Positions 36,299 through 47,189 are shown, counted from the stretch's first letter. The stretch: 64,000 nt of DNA from Escherichia coli (GCF_013122565.1 NZ_CP053258.1), one strand, 5' to 3'. The notes: generated by a model from the letters alone, not told the origin. A program made the numbers and translations.

Positions 36299-39257
36299 CC
36301 TTAATCGCGTCATCGGATGGTCTGGTTTACTGCTGACGTCTTTATTGAGTACCAGCGCACTCGCAGACAATATCGGCACCAGCGCAGAAGAGCTGGGGCT
36401 GAGCGATTATCGCCATTTTGTTATTTATCCCCGTCTCGATAAGGCGCTGAAGGCACAGAAAAATAACGACGAAGCAACCGCCATCCGCGAATTTGAATAT
36501 ATACACCAGCAGGTGCCGGATAATATTCCGCTGACTTTATACCTTGCGGAAGCCTATCGCCATTTTGGTCATGATGACCGGGCGCGGCTGTTGCTTGAGG
36601 ATCAACTGAAACGTCACCCAGGAGATGCCCGACTTGAGCGCAGTCTGGCGGCTATTCCAGTTGAAGTGAAAAGCGTTACGACAGTTGAAGAACTGCTTGC
36701 CCAGCAAAAAGCGTGCGATGCTGCGCCGACCCTGCGTTGTCGCAGTGAAGTCGGACAGAATGCCCTGCGGCTGGCACAGTTAGCTGTCGCCAGAGCGCAA
36801 CTGAACGATGCGACGTTTGCTGCATCGCTGGAAGGAAAAACGCTGCGAACCGATCTGCTGCAACGGGCAATCTACCTGAAACAATGGTCCCAGGCAGATA
36901 CGCTATACAATGAAGCACGCCAGCAGAACACATTAAGCGCGGCAGAACGCCGTCAGTGGTTTGACGTGCTTCTTGCCGGGCAGCTGGACGATCGGATCCT
37001 GGCACTGCAATCACAGGGGATCTTCACCGATCCTCAGTCATATATTACTTACGCGACCGCGCTGGCTTATCGTGGCGAAAAAGCACGCCTCCAGCATTAT
37101 CTCATTGAAAATAAGCCGCTGTTTACCACGGACGCACAAGAGAAAAGTTGGCTCTATCTGTTATCTAAATACAGCTCCAACCCCGTTCAGGCGTTGGCGA
37201 ATTATACGGTACAGTTTGCCGACAACCGCCAGTATGTTGTTGGCGCGACGCTACCGGTGCTGTTAAAAGAAGGTCAGTACGACGCAGCGCAAAAACTGCT
37301 CGCCACCCTCCCCGCCAATGAAATGCTTGAGGAGCGTTATGCTGTCAGCGTGGCGACCCGTAACAAGGCTGAAGCTCTGCGTCTGGCACGCTTGCTGTAT
37401 CAGCAAGAACCGGCAAATCTTACCCGCCTGGATCAACTAACCTGGCAACTGATGCAGAACGAGCAGTCACGGGAAGCTGCCGATTTATTGCTGCAACGCT
37501 ATCCTTTCCAGGGCGATGCGCGTATCAGCCAGACTTTAATGGCGCGACTGGCGTCTCTGCTGGAAAGTCATCCTTACCTGGCAACGCCGGCGAAGGTGGC
37601 GATTTTATCGAAACCCTTACCGCTGGCGGAGCAACGTCAGTGGCAAAGTCAGTTGCCGGGTATTGCAGATAATTGCCCGGCAATAGTTCGCTTGCTGGGC
37701 GATATGTCACCTTCCTACGATGCCGCCGCCTGGAACCGTCTGGCAAAGTGTTATCGGGACACGCTACCCGGTGTGGCGTTGTATGCATGGCTTCAGGCCG
37801 AACAACGACAACCGAACGCCTGGCAACATCGTGCGGTAGCCTATCAGGCGTATCAGGTTGAGGACTACGCCACCGCACTGGCGGCCTGGCAGAAAATCAG
37901 TCTTCACGACATGAGCAATGAGGATCTGCTTGCTGCTGCCAATACCGCCCAGGCGGCAGGAAATGGTGCGGCTCGCGATCGCTGGCTACAACAGGCAGAA
38001 AAACGTAGACTGGGAAGTAATGCGCTCTACTGGTGGCTGCATGCGCAACGTTACATTCCTGGTCAGCCGGAACTCGCACTGAACGATCTCACGCGCTCAA
38101 TCAATATTGCGCCTTCTGCCAACGCTTACGTTGCGCGGGCGACAATTTATCGCCAACGTCATAATGTCCCGGCCGCGGTGAGTGATTTGCGCGCCGCGCT
38201 GGAACTGGAACCGAATAATAGCAACACCCAGGCAGCGCTTGGTTACGCCTTGTGGGATAGCGGTGATATCGCACAGTCGCGGGAAATGCTCGAACAGGCG
38301 CATAAAGGGCTACCGGACGATCCGGCACTGATCCGACAACTGGCCTATGTGAACCAGCGTCTGGATGACATGCCTGCGACGCAGTACTACGCCCGGCTGG
38401 TGATTGATGACATTGATAATCAGGCGCTGATAACCCCACTGACCCCAGAGCAAAATCAGCAACGCTTCAATTTCCGCCGTCTGCATGAGGAGGTCGGTCG
38501 CCGCTGGACGTTCAGTTTCGATTCTTCCATCGGCTTGCGTTCCGGGGCAATGAGTACCGCTAACAATAATGTTGGCGGCGCAGCGCCAGGGAAAAGCTAT
38601 CGTAGCTACGGGCAACTGGAAGCCGAGTACCGCATCGGACGCAATATGCTGCTGGAAGGCGACCTGCTCTCAGTTTATAGCCGCGTCTTTGCCGATACCG
38701 GAGAAAACGGGGTGATGATGCCGGTGAAAAATCCGATGTCCGGCACCGGTCTACGCTGGAAGCCGCTGCGCGATCAGATCTTTTTCCTCGCCGTCGAACA
38801 GCAGTTGCCGCTGAACGGGCAAAATGGCGCATCCGATACCATGCTGCGCGCCAGCGCCTCATTCTTTAATGGCGGCAAATACAGCGACGAATGGCACCCG
38901 AACGGTTCAGGCTGGTTTGCCCAAAACCTGTACCTCGATGCGGCGCAATATATCCGCCAGGATATTCAGGCGTGGACGGCAGATTATCGCGTCAGCTGGC
39001 ATCAGAAGGTAGCTAACGGACAGACTATTGAGCCTTACGCTCACGTTCAGGACAACGGCTATCGTGATAAAGGCACTCAGGGCGCGCAGCTTGGCGGTGT
39101 CGGGGTCCGCTGGAATATTTGGACCGGCGAGACGCACTACGACGCCTGGCCGCACAAAGTCAGTCTCGGCGTCGAGTATCAACATACCTTTAAGGCGATT
39201 AATCAACGTAACGGAGAGCGCAACAACGCGTTTCTCACCATTGGAGTGCACTGGTAA
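36285..39257 (+). CDS. nfrA: NfrA, outer-membrane TPR/beta-barrel protein (phage N4 adsorption protein A)
   Basis: ORF track 36264..39257; start placed at MKENNLNRVIGWSGLLLTSLLSTSALA (990 aa, signal peptide); overlaps the nfrB 3' end by 14 bp. Confidence 0.9.
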   Translation: MKENNLNRVIGWSGLLLTSLLSTSALADNIGTSAEELGLSDYRHFVIYPRLDKALKAQKNNDEATAIREFEYIHQQVPDNIPLTLYLAEAYRHFGHDDRARLLLEDQLKRHPGDARLERSLAAIPVEVKSVTTVEELLAQQKACDAAPTLRCRSEVGQNALRLAQLAVARAQLNDATFAASLEGKTLRTDLLQRAIYLKQWSQADTLYNEARQQNTLSAAERRQWFDVLLAGQLDDRILALQSQGIFTDPQSYITYATALAYRGEKARLQHYLIENKPLFTTDAQEKSWLYLLSKYSSNPVQALANYTVQFADNRQYVVGATLPVLLKEGQYDAAQKLLATLPANEMLEERYAVSVATRNKAEALRLARLLYQQEPANLTRLDQLTWQLMQNEQSREAADLLLQRYPFQGDARISQTLMARLASLLESHPYLATPAKVAILSKPLPLAEQRQWQSQLPGIADNCPAIVRLLGDMSPSYDAAAWNRLAKCYRDTLPGVALYAWLQAEQRQPNAWQHRAVAYQAYQVEDYATALAAWQKISLHDMSNEDLLAAANTAQAAGNGAARDRWLQQAEKRRLGSNALYWWLHAQRYIPGQPELALNDLTRSINIAPSANAYVARATIYRQRHNVPAAVSDLRAALELEPNNSNTQAALGYALWDSGDIAQSREMLEQAHKGLPDDPALIRQLAYVNQRLDDMPATQYYARLVIDDIDNQALITPLTPEQNQQRFNFRRLHEEVGRRWTFSFDSSIGLRSGAMSTANNNVGGAAPGKSYRSYGQLEAEYRIGRNMLLEGDLLSVYSRVFADTGENGVMMPVKNPMSGTGLRWKPLRDQIFFLAVEQQLPLNGQNGASDTMLRASASFFNGGKYSDEWHPNGSGWFAQNLYLDAAQYIRQDIQAWTADYRVSWHQKVANGQTIEPYAHVQDNGYRDKGTQGAQLGGVGVRWNIWTGETHYDAWPHKVSLGVEYQHTFKAINQRNGERNNAFLTIGVHW

Positions 39258-40148
39258 ATGCGTAAGTTCATTTTCGTATTGCTGACACTGCTTTTGGTCA
39301 GCCCTTTTTCCTTTGCGATGAAAGGTATTATCTGGCAACCACAAAACCGAGATAGTCAGGTTACCGATACCCAGTGGCAGGGGCTGATGAGTCAGTTACG
39401 TTTGCAAGGCTTCGATACCCTGGTTTTGCAATGGACCCGTTACGGCGATGCATTTACCCAGCCAGAACAGCGCACGTTATTGTTTAAGCGTGCCGCAGCT
39501 GCGCAACAGGCTGGCCTGAAGCTGATTGTCGGGCTGAACGCCGATCCGGAATTTTTTATGCACCAGAAACAGTCGTCCGCAGCGCTGGAAAGCTATCTTA
39601 ATCGCCTGCTGGCTGCCGATCTCCAGCAAGCCAGATTATGGAGCGCCGCGCCTGGCGTAACGCCGGATGGCTGGTACATCAGCGCGGAAATTGACGACCT
39701 GAACTGGCGCAGCGAAGCCGCCCGTCAGCCTTTGCTAACATGGTTAAACAACGAGCAGCGGCTGATTAGCGATGTTTCAGCAAAACCGGTTTATATCAGT
39801 AGTTTTTTCGCCGGAAACATGTCGCCAGATGGCTATCGCCAACTGCTGGAACAAGTTAAAGCAACCGGCGTTAATGTCTGGGTACAGGATGGCAGCGGCG
39901 TGGATAAACTTACCGCTGAACAGCGTGAACGTTATCTACAGGCCAGCGCCGATTGCCAGAGTTCCGCCCCAGCAAGCGGCATTGTTTATGAACTGTTTGT
40001 CGCCGGCAAAGGCAAAACCTTTACAGCGAAACCGAAACCGGACGCAGAAATTGCCTCGCTGTTAGCGAAACGTTCCTCTTGCGGTAAAGACACTCTCTAT
40101 TTCTCTCTGCGCTATTTGCCCGTCGCGCACGGCATTCTCGAGTATTAA
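39258..40148 (+). CDS. ybcH: YbcH, secreted protein of the nfrBA-ybcH operon
   Basis: 296-aa ORF MRKFIFVLLTLLLVSPFSFA... (signal peptide); ATG immediately follows the nfrA TAA stop (TAAATG). Confidence 0.85.
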   Translation: MRKFIFVLLTLLLVSPFSFAMKGIIWQPQNRDSQVTDTQWQGLMSQLRLQGFDTLVLQWTRYGDAFTQPEQRTLLFKRAAAAQQAGLKLIVGLNADPEFFMHQKQSSAALESYLNRLLAADLQQARLWSAAPGVTPDGWYISAEIDDLNWRSEAARQPLLTWLNNEQRLISDVSAKPVYISSFFAGNMSPDGYRQLLEQVKATGVNVWVQDGSGVDKLTAEQRERYLQASADCQSSAPASGIVYELFVAGKGKTFTAKPKPDAEIASLLAKRSSCGKDTLYFSLRYLPVAHGILEY

Positions 40149-40330
40149 ATCTCCTCCAGGTAAGTCGGGTACGACCTGGCTTACCTCTTTCGCTCTCGTC
40201 AGAATTCCATCAAGATTAATTGCTAAAAAGCGTGCTAAAGAAAGAAGATCGTTATCGGCGAACGGGCCGATCACTCATGCAGGAAGCATAGATCCTTTGA
40301 GCGGAGTTTCTGATATCTGAGGAGTGCGAA

Positions 40331-41092
40331 ATGCAATTGAGCAGCAGTGAACCTTGCGTGGTGATCCTGACCGAAAAAGAGGTAGAGGTAAGCGTCAATA
40401 ACCATGCTACGTTTACCCTTCCGAAAAACTACCTGGCCGCCTTCGCGTGCAACAATAACGTCATTGAACTCTCAACGTTAAATCACGTATTAATCACCCA
40501 CATCAACCGTAACATCATCAACGATTATCTGTTGTTTTTAAATAAGAACTTAACCTGTGTAAAGCCCTGGTCGCGGCTGGCTACCCCGGTTATCGCTTGT
40601 CATAGCCGTACACCGGAAGTGTTCCGGCTAGCCGCCAACCACAGCAAGCAGCAACCCAGCAAACCCTGCGAAGCGGAGTTGACGCGCGCATTGCTTTTTA
40701 CCGTATTGTCTAACTTTCTTGAGCAATCGCGGTTTATTGCCCTACTGATGTATATCTTACGCAGCAGCGTCCGCGACAGCGTCTGCCGCATTATTCAAAG
40801 CGATATTCAGCATTACTGGAATCTGCGAATTGTCGCCAGTTCGCTATGTTTAAGCCCCAGCCTGCTCAAAAAGAAATTAAAAAACGAAAATACCAGCTAT
40901 AGCCAGATTGTCACAGAGTGTCGTATGCGTTACGCCGTACAGATGTTATTGATGGATAACAAAAATATCACTCAGGTGGCGCAATTATGTGGCTATAGCA
41001 GCACGTCGTACTTTATCTCTGTTTTTAAGGCGTTTTACGGCCTGACACCGTTGAATTATCTCGCCAAACAGCGACAAAAAGTGATGTGGTGA
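40331..41092 (+). CDS. envY: AraC-family regulator EnvY
   Basis: 253-aa ORF MQLSSSEPCVVILTEKEVEVSVNNHATF... with C-terminal AraC-type HTH (..ITQVAQLCGYSSTSYFISVFKAFYGLTP); AT-rich gene. Confidence 0.82.
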   Translation: MQLSSSEPCVVILTEKEVEVSVNNHATFTLPKNYLAAFACNNNVIELSTLNHVLITHINRNIINDYLLFLNKNLTCVKPWSRLATPVIACHSRTPEVFRLAANHSKQQPSKPCEAELTRALLFTVLSNFLEQSRFIALLMYILRSSVRDSVCRIIQSDIQHYWNLRIVASSLCLSPSLLKKKLKNENTSYSQIVTECRMRYAVQMLLMDNKNITQVAQLCGYSSTSYFISVFKAFYGLTPLNYLAKQRQKVMW

Positions 41093-41137
41093 AGGGCAAA
41101 GCGGAAACGGATAAGACGGGCATAAATGAAGAAGAAA

Positions 41138-41214
41138 TGGCGCGCCCTGCAGGATTCGAACCTGCGGCCCACGACTTAGAAGGTCGTTGCTCTATCCAAC
41201 TGAGCTAAGGGCGC
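41138..41214 (-). tRNA. argU: tRNA-Arg (anticodon UCU)
   Basis: Minus strand reads GCGCCCTTAGCTCAGTTGGATAGAGCAACGACCTTCTAAGTCGTGGGCCGCAGGTTCGAATCCTGCAGGGCGCGCCA: 7-bp acceptor stem, TCT anticodon in the CTTCTAAG loop, GGTTCGAATCC T-arm, encoded CCA. Confidence 0.92.
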
Positions 41215-41456
41215 GTTGATACCGCAATGCGGTGTAATCGCGTGAATTATACGGTCAACCCTTGCTGAGTCAATGGCTTTTGATCTGGTTGCTGAACAAG
41301 TGAACGACCGCGTCTGATTTTCTGATTTATTTCGCTATAGCGGCAAACAAATGCACACCGCTGCGCGTCTGAATCAAGAAAACCCGTATTTTCATGTATC
41401 AAAGTACAATTTACCGCCCTAACGGAAAATTGTCCGCTCCTATGAGACTGGTAACT

Positions 41457-42089
41457 ATGAAACCAACGTCGGTGATCATTATGGATACTCATCCTATCAT
41501 CAGAATGTCTATTGAAGTTCTGTTGCAAAAAAACAGTGAATTGCAGATTGTCCTGAAAACGGATGATTACCGCATAACCATCGATTATCTCCGAACCCGT
41601 CCTGTTGATTTAATCATTATGGATATAGACTTGCCCGGAACAGACGGTTTTACCTTCCTGAAAAGGATCAAACAAATCCAGAGCACAGTGAAAGTGTTAT
41701 TTTTATCATCGAAATCAGAATGCTTTTATGCTGGCAGAGCGATACAAGCTGGTGCTAACGGTTTTGTCAGTAAATGCAATGATCAGAATGATATTTTTCA
41801 TGCCGTTCAGATGATCCTCTCCGGATACACGTTTTTTCCCAGCGAAACGCTTAACTATATAAAAAGCAATAAATGTAGTACGAATAGTTCAACGGTCACT
41901 GTGCTATCTAATCGTGAAGTGACCATATTACGTTATCTAGTTAGCGGATTATCTAATAAAGAAATTGCCGATAAGTTATTACTTAGTAATAAAACAGTTA
42001 GTGCGCATAAATCTAATATTTATGGCAAGCTAGGTTTGCATTCAATTGTAGAGCTTATCGACTACGCCAAATTATACGAATTAATATAA
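41457..42089 (+). CDS. fimZ: LuxR-family response regulator FimZ (SfmZ)
   Basis: ORF track 41394..42089; start placed at MKPTSVIIMDTHPIIRMSIEVLL (210 aa); receiver domain plus C-terminal LuxR HTH. Confidence 0.88.
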   Translation: MKPTSVIIMDTHPIIRMSIEVLLQKNSELQIVLKTDDYRITIDYLRTRPVDLIIMDIDLPGTDGFTFLKRIKQIQSTVKVLFLSSKSECFYAGRAIQAGANGFVSKCNDQNDIFHAVQMILSGYTFFPSETLNYIKSNKCSTNSSTVTVLSNREVTILRYLVSGLSNKEIADKLLLSNKTVSAHKSNIYGKLGLHSIVELIDYAKLYELI

Positions 42090-42091
42090 TA

Positions 42092-42607
42092 TTAATTATA
42101 ATTGATCATAAATATCGCATCCGCTTTCGCCACACCTGGCCGAACACCGCTGGCTAACGCTCGATAATTGGCAAAAAAGTTTAGTGTGACATTGCCATTT
42201 GCATCTACTTCCTCAGTCGGGCTCGCCGCTCCCAGTGCGAGCCGGGAGCGATCGCTATTACGTAATTCGATGGCGACGGTTTGTGCCATTGCGGGATCAT
42301 CCAGAGCCAGCAGGTTGGCATCAGATGCCGGCGTTCCCGTAAATAAAATCGCGACCGAACCCGGAGGACATCCCTCCAGCCGCAGGCTAAAAGGGACGAG
42401 TGCCGTGGTATCGCCAGCGGTCAGTAGTTGTGTCGTAGGCCATCTGCCTAAATCTACCGTCTTATCATTATCCGCTGTGTTTACGGTACAAGAAAAATCA
42501 ACCACGTTACCGTGCAAATTGATATTAATCGTTCCTAAAGGGTCAGCTGCCCATCCACTGGAACTCCACAGTAACCCGCAGAAACAGCTAAAGAGTACTC
42601 TTCTCAT
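42092..42607 (-). CDS. sfmF: fimbrial minor subunit SfmF
   Basis: ORF track 42092..42802; start placed at MRRVLFSCFCGLLWSSSGWA (171 aa, signal peptide); fimbrial subunit fold. Confidence 0.85.
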   Translation of the reverse strand: MRRVLFSCFCGLLWSSSGWAADPLGTININLHGNVVDFSCTVNTADNDKTVDLGRWPTTQLLTAGDTTALVPFSLRLEGCPPGSVAILFTGTPASDANLLALDDPAMAQTVAIELRNSDRSRLALGAASPTEEVDANGNVTLNFFANYRALASGVRPGVAKADAIFMINYN

Positions 42608-42617
42608 TCTCCGTACC

Positions 42618-43625
42618 TCATTGATAATCGACGCGTAAATACCCCAGCGCGCTAAACGGCCCTTCGGTCGGTTTTTGACCGGTAATACTGATAGGCCAGG
42701 CGCGAAGTGTGACATTGGCTGCCGCAGCTGCATCCAGACGGAAAGGAATAACGCTATTGAGATCGTTAGGCGTGATCGGCGTATCGTTCTGATCGGCGAC
42801 AATAAAACCTAAATCCTGATTGTCCGACACCATCGCCTGACCAGAAACGGCACTGGCTTCCAGACGCATTGTTAAATAAGCCTGCGCAGCAACATTCGTA
42901 CATTTGACCGCAATGCTCTTGGTTTGCGGCATGACACCAGCAGGCCGATTACCCGGCCCTGCCGCACTAAATAACGATGCGCCGATATCACCAAAATCAA
43001 ATTCAACAATCTGCCCGGCATTTAATTCGCAGTTTTGCGGTACTTCAACCCGGCCACCAAAACTAATGGTATAAACAGGTGTAACCAACGGATCGTAAGG
43101 CGTTGATGTCACATACACGGTAAACATCACCTGTCTGGGGATCTCCACCATGTTAATAAAGGGCCGAATAACCTTTAAACGAAATATCAAACGAGAATCC
43201 ATCACCCCGAACGGAAGGTTTTGCGAAACGTTAGGATCTGTTCCCATACGAATATAATTTTGCGGGGGAAATTGAATATCCATCACACTATCAACCAGAC
43301 TCATCGCACCTAATAGATAATCATTTAATTGCATATATTTATAATTATCGATAGTTTCCTGAACAATAAAGTTAGTGACATAACTACGGTATGTATAATT
43401 CACCAGCGTGCCGGGTGGACAAATTGCTGAGACACCTACCCAGCCGGATTTTTCCGGTAAAACAACAATCTGCCCTGGCTGGTTATTGGTGCTATTAAAG
43501 ACATTTGAGAGATCATAGTGTTCATCTTCTGCTACGCCAGTACTATTTGCACAAACAGTAGCCCAGGATATGTTTGCCAGACACAAACATGCCATCGCCA
43601 ATAATAATCTGCAGATTATCTTCAT
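42618..43625 (-). CDS. sfmH: fimbrial adhesin-like protein SfmH
   Basis: 335-aa ORF MKIICRLLLAMACLCLANISWA...; the true start may be a downstream Met. Confidence 0.83.
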   Translation of the reverse strand: MKIICRLLLAMACLCLANISWATVCANSTGVAEDEHYDLSNVFNSTNNQPGQIVVLPEKSGWVGVSAICPPGTLVNYTYRSYVTNFIVQETIDNYKYMQLNDYLLGAMSLVDSVMDIQFPPQNYIRMGTDPNVSQNLPFGVMDSRLIFRLKVIRPFINMVEIPRQVMFTVYVTSTPYDPLVTPVYTISFGGRVEVPQNCELNAGQIVEFDFGDIGASLFSAAGPGNRPAGVMPQTKSIAVKCTNVAAQAYLTMRLEASAVSGQAMVSDNQDLGFIVADQNDTPITPNDLNSVIPFRLDAAAAANVTLRAWPISITGQKPTEGPFSALGYLRVDYQ

Positions 43626-43637
43626 TGATAATTTCCT

Positions 43638-46247
43638 TTATGAGCCAGGATGTGTGCAAACTGCCGAAATAACAGTGACGGCTTGCTGTAAGCTTTGCTT
43701 CGGCAATACATAGTGCGCAATGCAGCGTGAGTTCGCGCCGTCTCCCCACTGAACCAGTAATTCACCAGACAATGGCGCACCACTTAAATAAACTTGCCCG
43801 TCATCACCCACCATACTGGTTATTCCGGTACTGTTTTCCCGTACCAGTGATCCAAACGGCACCGGTTTTCCGCCCTGGGTAACGGTAATGAGCGCCCGCA
43901 CGCCTATGCGGGTATCAAAATTGGCACGAACCAACGCGCCTTGCGTCGGCACAACGCTGCTAATATTTTTTTCAACATCGATGGAATTCCCCATCGTATT
44001 GGTATCAAGCGCGATACGGTTATACCGATAAACCGTGGCATACGGCATCACCGCATAGCCGCGCCAGTCGGTTAAAATGCCAGTTTGATTTTCAATGCGT
44101 ACACCGCCTGCGCCAGGCGCTTTAATCAAAACATTGGTATCCCCTAAAGGCTGGCTCAGCGTTATGCCATTTTCATGCCCGACCACACCGCCAGACAGCT
44201 GCCAGTTAACGTCATGTTGATCGCGGTCGTAGTTATACCCGACTCCCAGCGTACCGTAAGCGGCCTGCCAGTTTGCCGTGGCGCTGCCCGTATACCCATT
44301 ATTCGAGGTATCACCCTGGCTTACGTGATAACTCAGGTTGTGGCCTTCCAGTAAGGTCCCACCTACACCTGCCAGCCAGCTATTTTGCCCGTTGCTGTTA
44401 CGGTTGGCGTTAAAGGAGGCATAAGCGCGGTCGAGCGCATTTTCCCGGGTGTAGCGACGTTTGGTCAAAACATTGAAAGGCACTGAAACATTAAGTCCGA
44501 CAATACGTTCGTTATCGGGGATCCCTACAGATTCATTCCACGAAAATGAGAGCGAATAACTGATGCCAACCCAGCTGCTGGTATACCCCACCTGATACCA
44601 CGTATCTGAATCCGAAGTATTCCAGTATTTTTGATGGGTACCAGAAATATAAAGCGAGCCAAAGTCATTAAGTGATTGTGAAATATTTAACTGCAAACGG
44701 TCTTTACGGCTAAAGCGTAAATTGTGGTAATTCACGATTATCGGTTCATCCCGATGCTCACCGTCATAATCGTAATCATATTCGTACCCCTCCATTCGAC
44801 GATACGCAACATCATCAAGGGTATAAAAACCTTGTGTCGAATAGCGGTAACCCATTAACTGAAAATTGGTGCCGAAGGTGTTCATCGATTTCGCATAGAG
44901 GAAGCGAATGGAATCCCCCTCATGACGACTGTCGTCGGCTAACTGGCTGCGCGCATGGGTCACATCCAGCGACACTGCGCCCCAGTTCCCGAGGTTGCGC
45001 CCCAGCCCTAATAAAAAGGCGGTGTAATTGGCAGATAATTGCGTCCCGCCGTAGGCAGTAAATTCCTGTGGTAAACCGCCGAGTGCCGTGCCCTGAAAAA
45101 AGAAAGGCGATGATTGCTGACTATTACCGCTACGAAAATCGCCCGCCGTCAGGTCAAATTTGAAACGCCCTTCGCGTTGTAAAATTGGCACTGTTGAATA
45201 CGGAATAGTGTAATTCTGCTGATTGCCATCGCGTTCGTCGATGGTGACGTCCAGATCGCCATTTGAAGATGTCGGGTGCAAATCTGTAATTTCAAAAGCG
45301 CCGGGGGAAACATAGCTTTGATAGATAATAAAACCATTTTGCCGAATCGTTAGCTGGGCCGCCGTACGGGCAATCCCACGTACTGTTGGGGCAAACCCTT
45401 GCTGGCTATCAGGATACATATTATCGGAAGAATAAAGCCGTACACCACGAAATCCAACACCATCGAAAATATCACTTCCTGTATTGCCGTCTCCCATTAC
45501 CAGTTCACTTTTCAGCGGAATAATGGCGCGCTGTACCCAGGTGCCAATATTATTCCACTGTTCTGAATGATATCCATTTCCGCGAAAATAGTTCCAGGAA
45601 CCATTGTTGCGTAAACGCCACGGGCCAATATTAATCCCGCTGAGCTCACTAAAAAAATAGCTATCGTTACCATTACCTCTGTTACCGGTGAAATTATAAT
45701 TCAGGAGTAAAGCAGGAATACCTTCATCCCACTCTTCAGGCGGAATGTAACCGTGAGCGCTACTCAACAACGCTATCTGAGGAATAGTGATGTTCAGGCG
45801 CATCGCTGCAAAATCAAAGTTAATTGTGGCATCAGGTACAGCTTTCAGTAAATTGATGCATTTATTGTTTTGCTGCTGGGCTAACTCGGGAAATGCACTG
45901 CTATTAAGGCCAATTCGTTCAAGGAGTACCTGGTTAAAACAGGGCATTAACCCACCTGATTTATCACCTGTATTTTCTGTTGTCGATTCAAATACGATAT
46001 CCTGTGAACCAATGAACTCATCATTACGCCAGAGATCCACCCGATACACGCCCGCAGGTTGATGATTACCTCTCTCAAAGCGCGATAAATCAGCAACGGA
46101 TGTGCCATTCTCTAATAAAAATGCCGGGTTGAAATAACTTTCCGCATAGCTTAAAAAGGAGGGTAAAATGGCAAGAGATGAATAACAAATTCCGGCCAGA
46201 CACCAGGTATACCTCTGCGGAATATCCGTAGTAGTGGGTATTTTCAT
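43638..46247 (-). CDS. sfmD: fimbrial outer-membrane usher SfmD
   Basis: 869-aa ORF typical of chaperone-usher ushers. Confidence 0.9.
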   Translation of the reverse strand: MKIPTTTDIPQRYTWCLAGICYSSLAILPSFLSYAESYFNPAFLLENGTSVADLSRFERGNHQPAGVYRVDLWRNDEFIGSQDIVFESTTENTGDKSGGLMPCFNQVLLERIGLNSSAFPELAQQQNNKCINLLKAVPDATINFDFAAMRLNITIPQIALLSSAHGYIPPEEWDEGIPALLLNYNFTGNRGNGNDSYFFSELSGINIGPWRLRNNGSWNYFRGNGYHSEQWNNIGTWVQRAIIPLKSELVMGDGNTGSDIFDGVGFRGVRLYSSDNMYPDSQQGFAPTVRGIARTAAQLTIRQNGFIIYQSYVSPGAFEITDLHPTSSNGDLDVTIDERDGNQQNYTIPYSTVPILQREGRFKFDLTAGDFRSGNSQQSSPFFFQGTALGGLPQEFTAYGGTQLSANYTAFLLGLGRNLGNWGAVSLDVTHARSQLADDSRHEGDSIRFLYAKSMNTFGTNFQLMGYRYSTQGFYTLDDVAYRRMEGYEYDYDYDGEHRDEPIIVNYHNLRFSRKDRLQLNISQSLNDFGSLYISGTHQKYWNTSDSDTWYQVGYTSSWVGISYSLSFSWNESVGIPDNERIVGLNVSVPFNVLTKRRYTRENALDRAYASFNANRNSNGQNSWLAGVGGTLLEGHNLSYHVSQGDTSNNGYTGSATANWQAAYGTLGVGYNYDRDQHDVNWQLSGGVVGHENGITLSQPLGDTNVLIKAPGAGGVRIENQTGILTDWRGYAVMPYATVYRYNRIALDTNTMGNSIDVEKNISSVVPTQGALVRANFDTRIGVRALITVTQGGKPVPFGSLVRENSTGITSMVGDDGQVYLSGAPLSGELLVQWGDGANSRCIAHYVLPKQSLQQAVTVISAVCTHPGS

Positions 46248-46277
46248 AATTAGCTCTGATATTGTCAGATGATTCGG

Positions 46278-46970
46278 TTAGTTTAAGTTCACTTCTCTGA
46301 CCGGGGTTACTGAACCATAATCATTAACGGTCTGAAATTTCAGCTTTCCCTGCACTCCTGAGGGTAAGGGAATTTGTGAATTAACTCTGGGTGCAGCCAT
46401 AGCATTCCCCAACTTTTGGCTGCCCACTTGTAAGTTAACCAGGGTGACATAAAAAGGTGATGGATTATGAACATTGATATAGTTACCGGATCGCGAAAAC
46501 TTGAGTGTGTCCGGCGCTTCTGCGGGTAATTCTTGTAATTGAATTGGACGGAGAAATAACTTCATGCGCGATAAAATCGCCAGTTGCAAAACATTCCTGC
46601 CGTTCAATGCATTTTTATCTACCGAAGGGATCGTCTTAACATTCATCCAGAACAGAGACTCACGATCTGCCGCCAGCGGTGGACCGGTGTAAATAATACG
46701 CAAAGTATTTTCGCTTTTGGGTTCACTAACAAACAGTGGAGGTGTAATGATGAATGACTTTTCTTTTACACCGCTGCTGTTTTCAATCCACGAATTGACC
46801 AGAAAGCGCTCATTGGTATGGCTATTTCTAATCCATACCGCAGTCTGTTTAGCATCAGCGGGATAAATAATACGCGTGGCACCTAATGCGATCCCTCCGG
46901 CAGCATGGGCGCTGGCCGAAATGATTAAATAAAATATAATGAGCATCAATAACTTTATTTTAGTCATCAT
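46278..46970 (-). CDS. sfmC: periplasmic fimbrial chaperone SfmC
   Basis: 230-aa [26 protein letters not shown]... (PapD-like chaperone). Confidence 0.9.
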   Translation of the reverse strand: MMTKIKLLMLIIFYLIISASAHAAGGIALGATRIIYPADAKQTAVWIRNSHTNERFLVNSWIENSSGVKEKSFIITPPLFVSEPKSENTLRIIYTGPPLAADRESLFWMNVKTIPSVDKNALNGRNVLQLAILSRMKLFLRPIQLQELPAEAPDTLKFSRSGNYINVHNPSPFYVTLVNLQVGSQKLGNAMAAPRVNSQIPLPSGVQGKLKFQTVNDYGSVTPVREVNLN

Positions 46971-47189
46971 AGTTAATACGCCTTGTGTATTCCTGACGGC
47001 AAAAATAAGAAATATAAAGAAATGATTGCTTTGGTTTCTTACAACACATCATTCCCTTTTCATTTAATAAAGCGGCATGATACAAAGTGAACATGATTTC
47101 GATTTACATTGCCACCATACCGCTTCAGACAACCGGTACATTACTTTGTTATAAGACGTGGTATATAATTCAAAACAACGTGGTTTTGA

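Noticed and set aside
40062-40274. 70-aa minus-strand ORF spanning the ybcH 3' end and the ybcH-envY spacer
   Set aside because: Overlaps ybcH in antisense; no support as a gene.
41247-41528. 93-aa minus-strand ORF between argU and fimZ
   Set aside because: Overlaps the fimZ start and promoter region; more likely the argU upstream region and fimZ 5' UTR than a gene.
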